DNA of 36,935 bases, taken from positions 1 through 36,935 of IMG/VR virus record IMGVR_UViG_3300028587_000018, one strand, 5' to 3'. Positions 1 through 7,641 of the stretch are shown here, piece by piece; the first letter of the stretch is position 1, and each line of letters opens with the position of its first letter. The position numbers and the translations under genes were made by a program. This DNA is from a virus. Lineage: Duplodnaviria > Caudoviricetes. Under the pieces are notes generated by a model. It did not search any database and had not been told where the DNA came from. It saw only the letters and a list, made by a program, of their open reading frames with translations.

Positions 1-31
1 GAGCGGGGGCGACAGGGGCGTTCTCAGACAT
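1..31 (-). CDS. 5' fragment of scaffold protein (MSENAPVAPA...), continuing at the other end of the window
   Basis: ATG at 31 with AGGA upstream, just after the portal stop; Pro/Ala-rich start matches the open frame PQPSATAAPAAPP at 36935. Confidence 0.7.
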   Translation of the reverse strand, partial: MSENAPVAPA

Positions 32-61
32 GTGCGTGTCCTGGGCTTCTGGTGCGTGGTG

Positions 62-1918
62 CTACGCTGCTGCGAGAGGAGATGGCTGCGCTGCATCGGG
101 CTGGCGCATGTCGCCCTGCGGGGCCTGTGCTGCCTGTGCGAGCGCCATGAGCCCTTGGGCCTGGAGAATGTAGCGGCGGACGAGGTCGAGTCGCGCCTCT
201 GGTGCTCCCTCCAGCCGGGCGCGGGCGTAGGCGATGGTGCCGCGCTTCATGGCGTACGCGAGGTCATCGAACGGCTCCGGCGGGGTGTAGTCGTCCTCGG
301 CTCCGGTATCGTCATCCCCGTCCAGCATGCGCTCAAGCGCTGCGTCCACCACGTCCCGGGCCGCGAGCGCCAGGTCCGTCGAGGCGTCAGTGTCCGGAAT
401 CTCCAGGAGACGTCGGTACTCCGCGGAGTCGATCTGCCCAGAGGACCAGAGTTCCTCCACGTACTGCTTCCGGGCTGTCGGGGAGACGGGGAGACTGCTA
501 GTGCTGAACACCTGAAGAGTGAAGGAGTCCTCATCCGCCTGGACGTCAGTCCAGTCGATGGGCTCCGAGCGTCGGCCCTTCGGGAAGAAGGCGGTGAGGC
601 GTTCTCCGTCGTCCGCGGCGCGGCGCGAGAGGCGAACCACGAGCCGAGCTGCGTCCAAGATGAAGTCCTCGAAGGCGAGGTGGATGACAGCGTGCCGCTC
701 GGACTGGATATCCTCGTAGTCTCGGAGGGCCTGTCCGCTCTCAAGTCCCGCCGGCTTGCGGGCCGCCACCGCACCCTCGTTGATACCCACCTGTTCGAGG
801 CCGCGCTGAATGGCGTAGTCTGCCCAGCGCCAGAGTTCAGACGGGACGTGGTTCTCGCCTCCGCCGCCCGGACGAGCCCCGTAGATTATTTGGGTGTCCT
901 GCATCCCCGCGAGTTGCTCCAGCCGAATCTTCGCCCCGTTGTCGGCGTAGATGCGCCCCTTGCTCATGTTCGTGATGATTGCGCTGATACGGCGCAGCGT
1001 GGCGTTGATGGCGCGCTGGTGCGGGACGAGGAGTTCGCCCACTCCCTGCCCATAGAAGCCGAGGAAGGGCTCGTAGATGCGGCAGAAGGCGAAGGGAAAG
1101 AAGTCGGGGGCCGCCTCGTCCTTGTCGTCCACAAGCGTCAGGTTGGAGATGGCGAGGACGTGGCGTCCGCCAGACCCATCCCTCGCCGGGAGGTGCCACG
1201 CCTCCTCCACCTGGATGACGTCACCGAAGGTCGCGGTGCGGCGAAGCGCCCTGTCTTTATCGTGGGCCACTTCGGCATTGTCCACGAGGTGGTGCATCCG
1301 CTCACGCTCCTCCTTCTTGGCGCCCTCGTACCACGCCTCCACCCAGGCGTGGGCCATGTCCCGGGAGACGCAGTAGGAGTGCACGAGCGTCTGCGGCTTC
1401 CCGTAGTAGGCATCCGCCATGGACACCTTGATTTCATCCGGGTCCACACGGGAAATGCACACCTTCCCGTCGCTCACCCAGCCCTTTACGACGCCGATGT
1501 CCGTCACCGCAGCGTCGCGAAACACCTTGCGCGCCTCACGGTAGAAGTCGGTCGCGTGCATGACGCCAAAGACGTACTTGTCGAGCCGCTTCGCCTGCCG
1601 CTGCTCGGACCATGTCCCGCCAGTGGTGACAAAGGACGCCTTGGGCTTGCCGCGCCCCACCTTTGCGCTGAGGACATCCACCGCGGTGCGGATGAGGTTG
1701 TAGCGCCACACACCGTCCGCGTAGGCGGGCGACAGGTTCGGGGCCGCATCCCCGTGGATGGTGGCCCTATAGCCCTTCGCCCGGAAGAGTTCGCGCAGGA
1801 TTGCGTTGTCCGTCCGGCGCGTCACTTGGTCCGTCTCCATGTCCTGGACGGCAGAGAAGAGCGCCTCATGCACGCGCTTGTCCGGCGCCTTCCACCAGCG
1901 TTCCTGGAGCGCCTTCAT
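62..1918 (-). CDS. Portal protein
   Basis: 618 aa, downstream of terL and upstream of scaffold/capsid; helical with Gln/Ala-rich C-terminal tail; SGQALR-type motif seen in podovirus portals. Confidence 0.85.
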   Translation of the reverse strand: MKALQERWWKAPDKRVHEALFSAVQDMETDQVTRRTDNAILRELFRAKGYRATIHGDAAPNLSPAYADGVWRYNLIRTAVDVLSAKVGRGKPKASFVTTGGTWSEQRQAKRLDKYVFGVMHATDFYREARKVFRDAAVTDIGVVKGWVSDGKVCISRVDPDEIKVSMADAYYGKPQTLVHSYCVSRDMAHAWVEAWYEGAKKEERERMHHLVDNAEVAHDKDRALRRTATFGDVIQVEEAWHLPARDGSGGRHVLAISNLTLVDDKDEAAPDFFPFAFCRIYEPFLGFYGQGVGELLVPHQRAINATLRRISAIITNMSKGRIYADNGAKIRLEQLAGMQDTQIIYGARPGGGGENHVPSELWRWADYAIQRGLEQVGINEGAVAARKPAGLESGQALRDYEDIQSERHAVIHLAFEDFILDAARLVVRLSRRAADDGERLTAFFPKGRRSEPIDWTDVQADEDSFTLQVFSTSSLPVSPTARKQYVEELWSSGQIDSAEYRRLLEIPDTDASTDLALAARDVVDAALERMLDGDDDTGAEDDYTPPEPFDDLAYAMKRGTIAYARARLEGAPEARLDLVRRYILQAQGLMALAQAAQAPQGDMRQPDAAQPSPLAAA

Positions 1919-2154
1919 CAGACACCCTCCACGCCGTCGAAGAGCGGGTCAGAGCGCGGGACGGATGACAGGCTCGCCTGGGGCTCCGCCTCGCCATGGG
2001 CAGAGGCGCTACGCTCTGGCGTCTGGGGCAACAACTCCAGTCGAATCGCCCCATCCGAGGTCCGCTCGTACGTAGTGACGCCATGACGCCGCAGGACGAT
2101 GCAGAGTGCATCCAGTGCCCCGGGCTCGTCGGCTACCATGTCTCGTCCCGCCAT
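1918..2154 (-). CDS. Small hypothetical protein between terL and portal
   Basis: Stop overlaps portal ATG (TGATG); 78 aa. Confidence 0.6.
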   Translation of the reverse strand: MAGRDMVADEPGALDALCIVLRRHGVTTYERTSDGAIRLELLPQTPERSASAHGEAEPQASLSSVPRSDPLFDGVEGV

Positions 2155-3611
2155 GTCTTCTGACTCCTGAGAAATGCCTCCTGCTGTTCTAGCACGGCCT
2201 GCTTTCGCGCGGCAGCGGAGCCGGGCCGTGGAGCCGGCGTGTCCACCAGGCCGCGTCGCTGGAGGGCCTTGCGTGCGGCGTAGAGCGCTGCGTCGCTGGA
2301 GTGGTCATCGAAGCCCGGCTTGGGCTGGGGCGGCTTGCCTGGCGGGCTGTCAGGGTCCTTCGGCAGGGTGGCCCACTCTCCGGCCAGCGCACCGCCCTTC
2401 AGGGCCTTGATGCGGCCGGCCTCCAACTCGGCGTTGATGAGCATGACAAAGGCGTCCTTGCTCTGCTTCTCGGCTGGCTCAACGGGGATTGCGTCCTCAC
2501 CCTCCAGCCATGCTTCGATGATGCCCACTCCAAGGCCGCCGTAGTCCACTGGCGTCGCCTCCACCGGCAGGCGCTGCTGCCCCTGGCGTGTGAGCGTCTT
2601 CCAGCGGTTGGCGTTGGTTCCATGCTCCTTGAGGCCATCCACCTCGTACAGGACTGGGTGCGTCTCGGCGTACGCCAGCGTGACGCGAGCGTACGCTCTG
2701 CCGATGTCCACGCCCATTACGTAGGACCAGTGGTGGCCCTCCGGGAGCGTGCCATCGTAGAGATTCCTCTCCGGGTCGAAGGCGTAGTACAGCCCCTTGA
2801 GGTCCTGGCACCAGCGTCCGCGGTACTCGCGCACTACGCTCGGGTGGCGGGGCCCCCTGGCCGCGTCCGCCTCGAGCGACTCGAGCTCCTCACGGAAGAG
2901 GTCACAGATGCGCTGCCCCTTGTGGTTGAGGCTCGGGTTGTCGAGGCCGCTCCACTCGACGACGTGCCACCCCTGCGCGCGCTCGGTCCGGCTTTTCTCG
3001 TCCTCATTCCGGGTGATCTCGTACCAGAGCCCCTGGCAGATGTACCCTGGGGTGCCCAGCAGCAGCAGCCTACCTGAGACGTCGAGAAGCGCTGGCCAGA
3101 GCACGTCCTCGATGAGCTTGCGCAGGATGGCTTCAGCGAAGGACTGGGCTTCATCGATGACAGCAAATGCCAGCTTGTCGCCGCGGTACTTCTCCAACTC
3201 TCGAATGTCATCCGCCCCTCGGAGCCGAATCTCCGCTCCGTTCTTCGGGTGGCGGAGCGTCAGACGCACCTCGTTGACTGCGTACCCGAGGCGGTACTCC
3301 TCATTGGCCGCCTTTAGGTTCTCCCAGGCAAGTTCCCGGGCTCGCTCGCGGGTGCGCCCCATGAATATGACGACACAGCCTGGATTCTCCTCAGCCGCCT
3401 GAAAGAGCGCGGCTGGGACCATGGTCGTCTTGCCGGCGCGCCGCGTACACAGCGCCGCAACCTTGCGCGCGGCGCACGCCAGCACATCACGCTGTATCTG
3501 AAACAGCGTGCGCAGGTAGTCTTGGAGCCGAGATGGCGGCCCCTTGTGGAACTTCTCTCGTCCGAACCGGGAGGCGAGCTCCACACAGACGCTGTGCACG
3601 CCAGCGATCAC
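2133..3611 (-). CDS. terL: Terminase large subunit
   Basis: Walker A RRAGKT, Walker B AVIDEAQ, coupling motif LLGTP, RNase-H-like nuclease MGVDIG ... DHSSDAALYA. Confidence 0.93.
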   Translation of the reverse strand: MIAGVHSVCVELASRFGREKFHKGPPSRLQDYLRTLFQIQRDVLACAARKVAALCTRRAGKTTMVPAALFQAAEENPGCVVIFMGRTRERARELAWENLKAANEEYRLGYAVNEVRLTLRHPKNGAEIRLRGADDIRELEKYRGDKLAFAVIDEAQSFAEAILRKLIEDVLWPALLDVSGRLLLLGTPGYICQGLWYEITRNEDEKSRTERAQGWHVVEWSGLDNPSLNHKGQRICDLFREELESLEADAARGPRHPSVVREYRGRWCQDLKGLYYAFDPERNLYDGTLPEGHHWSYVMGVDIGRAYARVTLAYAETHPVLYEVDGLKEHGTNANRWKTLTRQGQQRLPVEATPVDYGGLGVGIIEAWLEGEDAIPVEPAEKQSKDAFVMLINAELEAGRIKALKGGALAGEWATLPKDPDSPPGKPPQPKPGFDDHSSDAALYAARKALQRRGLVDTPAPRPGSAAARKQAVLEQQEAFLRSQKTWRDETW

Positions 3612-3802
3612 GGAGCCGCACGCCCCTGGGGGACACAGGAGGCCAGCACTCGCTTTGCGCCCTCCGCGAGTTCTTCACGTGCCTTCTTCGCAGCGGCGTT
3701 GCATTGCTCCTGCGAGACGAAGCCCGGGACCACGGCGAGCGCGTTGGACTCCTCGCTCCGCATTCCGCCGATGCCGACGAAGATGATGAGCACCCAGGTC
3801 AC
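3608..3802 (-). CDS. Small protein with hydrophobic N-terminus and two Cys
   Basis: MTWVLIIFVGIGG...; GTGA overlaps with both neighbours. Confidence 0.7.
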   Translation of the reverse strand: MTWVLIIFVGIGGMRSEESNALAVVPGFVSQEQCNAAAKKAREELAEGAKRVLASCVPQGRAAP

Positions 3803-4095
3803 TGGCCCTCCCCCTGCTCACCTTCCGCCGTGGCCCTGCGCTTCCGCGTGCGCGGCGCATCGGCCTGCTGCCCCCGCTCCGCCTGCTCTCCCGTATGGAC
3901 GTCCTCGAACTCCACCTGCTGCACGCTGACGATGGGAATGCCGACGGTCACGAGACTATCCCCGGACCGTCGACAAATGAGAACGAACGGCGGGTCGACA
4001 GCAAGAGCGACGTCGCCTCCGTGCTCGTACTTCTTCGCGGCGGGTGCACCTCCAACGCGGACAGGGGCGGAAAGCAGGACGGATTTCAGGTTCAT
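3799..4095 (-). CDS. Hypothetical protein
   Basis: AGGAG RBS, ATG start, coupled to the next gene. Confidence 0.75.
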   Translation of the reverse strand: MNLKSVLLSAPVRVGGAPAAKKYEHGGDVALAVDPPFVLICRRSGDSLVTVGIPIVSVQQVEFEDVHTGEQAERGQQADAPRTRKRRATAEGEQGEGQ

Positions 4096-4107
4096 TGTGA
4101 GGCTCCT

Positions 4108-4581
4108 TTACGGCGAGAATGTGAGACCGAAGCGACGCGCGAGCGCCCCTCCGGCAGGGGTGTGGCACGTGTACCGGCCGCCGCGAGCTCGGCATGCATC
4201 GAGGAGCGCCGAGGCTACCCCCTGACGCCGGACCGCGGCTCCGACGTAGACGTAGTGCACGCGGGTGACATCTCCACCGAGATCCTCCGCCACAACGTAG
4301 CCGAGAACCACCTCGGACGCCTCCTCGGCCACCGCTGCGATGACGTGCGCGCGCTCAAGCACTGCCTTCACCCGGGTGTAGAGCCCGGCGCAGATGAGGC
4401 GACGCGAGGCGGGGGGCAAGGCGTCTGGCTTCCCTAGGCCGAGCGCGGCGCAGGCCACCGGCTCATAGGACTTGCACCAGGAGTCCACGACGAAGCCGTG
4501 CACCTCTGGGCCAGAGAGCACCAGGAGTAGGGGGCCGTGGCGACCGATGGTGAGGGGCGGGGAAACCCTGACTTGCGTCAT
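4108..4581 (-). CDS. GNAT-family acetyltransferase
   Basis: VLGYVV...VHYVYV...RRQGVASALL acetyl-CoA-binding motif A; start reassigned to ATG 4581 (ATGA overlap). Confidence 0.85.
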   Translation of the reverse strand: MTQVRVSPPLTIGRHGPLLLVLSGPEVHGFVVDSWCKSYEPVACAALGLGKPDALPPASRRLICAGLYTRVKAVLERAHVIAAVAEEASEVVLGYVVAEDLGGDVTRVHYVYVGAAVRRQGVASALLDACRARGGRYTCHTPAGGALARRFGLTFSP

Positions 4582-4748
4582 TTGCTGTCGCGGCCCTGCT
4601 CGTCCAGCATGCTCACCAGGCGGGTGATGCGCTCCTTCAGATTCGCGTTCTCGGACCGCAGGCCATTCAGTTGCCGGTGTAGTTCCGCGATTCTCCGCTC
4701 GCGACTCGCAATCTCCTTCTGGAGTGCCTCTTTCGTGTCTTCGCTCAT
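4578..4748 (-). CDS. 56-aa coiled-coil protein (not in ORF track)
   Basis: MSEDTKEALQKEIASRERRIAELHRQLNGLRSENANLKERITRL...; ATGA overlaps at both ends. Confidence 0.75.
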   Translation of the reverse strand: MSEDTKEALQKEIASRERRIAELHRQLNGLRSENANLKERITRLVSMLDEQGRDSK

Positions 4749-5320
4749 GTCGTGCCCCTCTTCTCAAGCGCTGCCCGGAGCGTCTCCTCCGGTACCAGCG
4801 CCAGGAGTTCATCCACCGAGAGAGCGGAGAGCTTCGACGCGCGGGATGCCTTTGCCTCGGTTTCAACAAGCGACCCTAGTGTTTGACCCAGGCGCCCGAG
4901 CGACTCCAGCCCATCCGCCCCAAGCTCGCCGGCATCCTGCTGCCCCTCGAGCACCGAAATACCGCGCGCGATCATGCCCCGCACCCGGACCAGCATGGCT
5001 CCCGTGTCGGCGTCCTCGGGCGTCGGGGCACCTGGGGGCTCCAGGGCCGGCATCTCGGATGGCTTCGCCGGCTTGCCCAGAGCCCGCATGAACGTCACTT
5101 CCACCGCCGCCCTCTGCTGCTCGAAGTCACTGGAGGCGAACCATGCGTCAACAAGCTCGAGAGCCCGCGGGAGGCGGTCCAGAAAGGCTGCTCGCGCCTC
5201 GCGCTGCACCCTCGACCTGCCCCCAGGGTTTGGGGACGGCGTGTTGGGGAGCCACTTCCCCTTCCTGTCTCTTGCTGGCTCCTCTGGTGCGTGAGGAGGC
5301 GTCTTCTCAGGGTCCGACAT
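4745..5320 (-). CDS. Probable terminase small subunit (DUF5681-like N-terminus)
   Basis: RDRKGKWLPNTPSPNPGGR motif; first gene of the packaging operon. Confidence 0.65.
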   Translation of the reverse strand: MSDPEKTPPHAPEEPARDRKGKWLPNTPSPNPGGRSRVQREARAAFLDRLPRALELVDAWFASSDFEQQRAAVEVTFMRALGKPAKPSEMPALEPPGAPTPEDADTGAMLVRVRGMIARGISVLEGQQDAGELGADGLESLGRLGQTLGSLVETEAKASRASKLSALSVDELLALVPEETLRAALEKRGTT

Positions 5321-5326
5321 ACCCAC

Positions 5327-5355
5327 ATGCTCTCACGCTGGGCGCCATGAGGCAA
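5327..5355 (-). promoter_or_regulatory. Candidate late promoter TTGCCT-N17-GAGCAT, possibly giving a leaderless terS mRNA
   Basis: 17-nt spacing; ATG 5320 lies 6 nt after the -10 box and has no clear RBS. Confidence 0.4.
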
Positions 5356-5402
5356 GCAGGCGCATCGTCGACCGCGCCCCGGAAATTCGCCGGAAATGCC
5401 GC

Positions 5403-5432
5403 ACGCAACTCCTGCCGGCGCCTCGCGATAAT
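5403..5432 (+). promoter_or_regulatory. Promoter-like motif ACGCAACTCC-N14-GATAAT (copy 1)
   Basis: Repeated at 6181 and 18491; upstream of gene 5471. Confidence 0.6.
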
Positions 5433-5470
5433 CATTTCATCTAGCGCGGCGCTGCCGCAGGAGAGCAACG

Positions 5471-5659
5471 ATGGACCTTATCACGGCGATTCATTTGGCT
5501 GGGCAGGGCAGTGTGGTTGTTCAGGTGAAGGGCTCCGAAGACCCTACGGCCTTCGGCATCCTCGAGAGAGTGACGGAGGATGGGTGGGTGGGAGTCCGGG
5601 GCCCCTTCAACCGCTACGACGAGTACCGCCCCCAGCAGCTCGAGATCGACCTCACCTGA
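5471..5659 (+). CDS. Hypothetical 62-aa beta-rich protein
   Basis: AGGAG RBS, GC3-rich codons, followed by hairpin GCGGGGC...GCCCCGC. Confidence 0.8.
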   Translation: MDLITAIHLAGQGSVVVQVKGSEDPTAFGILERVTEDGWVGVRGPFNRYDEYRPQQLEIDLT

Positions 5660-5710
5660 GCAGTACCACCCAGCGGGGCGCCAGCACGGGCCCCGCGCAT
5701 GGAGGATGAG

Positions 5711-5911
5711 ATGAGCGAACCGAAGACGAAGGAAGATGCACGGAGCCGAATCGCCGCCGCTGAGCGCATCGCGGCGGCCTCACGCAAGGCAGAGAAGAAG
5801 GACCGTCTCGCGATGGCCAGTTTCCGAGCGGACATGCACGCCGCCAACGCGCAGCGGTTCGAGGTCCGCGCCGCTGAGTTGCGCGAACTCCTCACCACCC
5901 TCCCCGAGTAG
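5711..5911 (+). CDS. Small helical protein (paralog A)
   Basis: GGAGG RBS at 5701; ends RAAELRELLTTLPE. Confidence 0.8.
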   Translation: MSEPKTKEDARSRIAAAERIAAASRKAEKKDRLAMASFRADMHAANAQRFEVRAAELRELLTTLPE

Positions 5912-5925
5912 CGCCGATACCACCC

Positions 5926-6246
5926 ATGGAATTCAGGACGAAGCGAGAGGCGGAAGAGGCGGCGACGAAGGAAGAGCATCTGGCGGAGACGTGCGGCGCA
6001 TATGCGGGCGCTCTGGACGCTTACGACCCTGCACGTCTCCTCTGGCGCCGCGATGCCACTCAGCACCGCGCCGAAGCCGCCCGCATCCGCGCCCTACTGC
6101 CAACCCTGCCGGAGCAACACGGCCCGGACGGGCCTCGCCGACCACTGACGCCGCACTGTGAAAATCCCCCGGAAATTGCCACGCAACTCCTGGGCGCATC
6201 CGTCCGATACTTTCTGTGTACCCGCTGCCGCGTCACACCGGCCTGA
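5926..6246 (+). CDS. Small helical protein (paralog B), possibly with read-through extension
   Basis: MEFRTKREA...EAARIRALLPTLPE resembles paralog A; tail overlaps the promoter motif. Confidence 0.65.
   Translation: MEFRTKREAEEAATKEEHLAETCGAYAGALDAYDPARLLWRRDATQHRAEAARIRALLPTLPEQHGPDGPRRPLTPHCENPPEIATQLLGASVRYFLCTRCRVTPA
6181..6211 (+). promoter_or_regulatory. Promoter-like motif ACGCAACTCC-N15-GATACT (copy 2)
   Basis: Shares upstream CCGGAAAT with copy 1; precedes a structured non-coding region. Confidence 0.55.
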
Positions 6247-6392
6247 GCGGGGCATAGGAGCGTCCGCTGCCCAGGTGGAGTCTCGGCAGTCCTGCCCGAC
6301 GAAGCGACACGCGCCCTCCGGGGGCCCCTCTCTCAGGCCGGGGCGGCCTGTGTCACCGTCCCTCCGGGCCGGATGACACGGAACGTCCTATA
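6218..6392 (+). ncRNA. Putative structured ncRNA (~170 nt)
   Basis: CCGGCCTGAG (6238-47)/CTCAGGCCGG (6332-41), GGGGC/GCCCC, CTGCC/GGCAG and GTGTCA/TGACAC stems. Confidence 0.5.
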
Positions 6393-6445
6393 GATGCTGT
6401 CCTTCCATTCCCTTCTCTTCCATTCCATTCAGTTAGCGGCATACC

Positions 6446-6474
6446 TTGCGCGGCGGCTTCGCGTAGCGTACGCT
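6446..6474 (+). promoter_or_regulatory. Sigma70-like promoter TTGCGC-N17-TACGCT, leaderless for gene 6481
   Basis: 17-nt spacer; ATG 6 nt downstream of the -10 box; no RBS. Confidence 0.55.
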
Positions 6475-6480
6475 GTCGTC

Positions 6481-7032
6481 ATGAACGGGAGACGAGATTT
6501 GCGCTACGACTTTTTGCAGGTGACCGACGAGATGCTTGACGTGCGAGCCCCCGCGCTGGCCCGCCTGCTCTCCGCCGGGGGCCGCAAGGTAAGTCGGGCG
6601 GATGCGGTGGTGATGGTGCTGGACCTCGAGCGCTACGTGGTACGTCGCGTCAATGACGAGGCGGACGACATCGGGGTGGAATTTCACGCGTGCGCATGGC
6701 TGCCGGACGACCGGGCGTCGGCCATGGTGTCGGCGGCGTGCAACTGGCCGCTCGCCAAGTCCACGCTGCTGCTTAAGGCGCTCGCCGACCCCGAGGTGCG
6801 CGTGCTGGATTGGTACAGCGACGGCATGGTTGCGGGGTGGCGTGTGCGCGGCATTCCCGAGCGTTACGGGCGCTTCGCCAACCAGAAGCGAGCTAGCAGG
6901 GAGCGCACGCGCAACAACGACCGGGCCCGGGCAGCTGGCTGGGAGCCGGGCGAAGGGAGGACGTGGGTGGGTCCGCGCGGTATGGTGCTCCCATCGCTTA
7001 AGGACGTCATTGCTTGCCTGGAGCAGCCATGA
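6481..7032 (+). CDS. Short paralog of the N-terminal domain of the replication initiator
   Basis: RYDFLQV/RLPFLQL, AWLPDD/GWVPGD, AACNW/AAAHW, LLKALAD/LLQALID, RASRER/KSKER align with 16607-17653. Confidence 0.75.
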   Translation: MNGRRDLRYDFLQVTDEMLDVRAPALARLLSAGGRKVSRADAVVMVLDLERYVVRRVNDEADDIGVEFHACAWLPDDRASAMVSAACNWPLAKSTLLLKALADPEVRVLDWYSDGMVAGWRVRGIPERYGRFANQKRASRERTRNNDRARAAGWEPGEGRTWVGPRGMVLPSLKDVIACLEQP

Positions 7033-7232
7033 GTGCCCTCTGGTCCATGTGGGTTTACGACCGGCGCGGGGACCTCTGGGAGCGCTTCGAAGGCTCCGAG
7101 GAGAACCTCCTAGAACAGGGCGTGTGCATCACCACCCTGCGCGGCCAGATCGCGTGGCGGTGTTCGCTCAGGAAGAACGGGAAGCCCGTGGCCGAGTGCA
7201 AGCACGGCGTCTGGAAGGAGGCCAAGCCATGA
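7029..7232 (+). CDS. Hypothetical protein
   Basis: GGAG RBS, ATGA overlap. Confidence 0.75.
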   Translation: MSALWSMWVYDRRGDLWERFEGSEENLLEQGVCITTLRGQIAWRCSLRKNGKPVAECKHGVWKEAKP

Positions 7233-7271
7233 GCGCGGACAACTCCACGCCGTCACGGACGACGATCAGTC

Positions 7272-7619
7272 ATGACCCACAAACTGCCACACCCGAAACT
7301 GATGCCGCTCTTCATCTCCATGGGCCGGCGACACGCCGCATACCGTCCGGTTATCCACCCCGAGACGCAGCGCATCGTCGAGGAGATGCGCGCTGCCATT
7401 GCCGCCCGTGCCTGGAAGGAACGCCCGTGGCGCATCACCAACCAGCGCCAGCGCCTCTATGCCTGCCACTGGGCGGGATGGCACCCAGGGCGCACCTCCA
7501 CACGCTGGGGGCGCGTTGGTCGCAAGTGGCTGCTCAGCCACACGGCACCCATCCGCCACACACCCATGTGCGACTTCAAGCGCCGCTGGTGGGTGTGCGC
7601 TCCGGACATCACCGCATGA
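7272..7619 (+). CDS. Basic, Trp/His-rich hypothetical protein
   Basis: GC3-rich codon frame. Confidence 0.6.
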   Translation: MTHKLPHPKLMPLFISMGRRHAAYRPVIHPETQRIVEEMRAAIAARAWKERPWRITNQRQRLYACHWAGWHPGRTSTRWGRVGRKWLLSHTAPIRHTPMCDFKRRWWVCAPDITA

Positions 7620-7641
7620 CACTGAAGACGAAGAGGGGAAC

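Noticed and set aside
32-2086. 684-aa plus-strand ORF
   Set aside because: Antisense shadow of the portal gene caused by GC3 bias; the same applies to other long antisense ORFs (e.g. 10411-11667, 23863-25065, 35121-36191)
6218-6392. Hammerhead ribozyme
   Set aside because: Core CUGANGA...GAAA not found in the required arrangement
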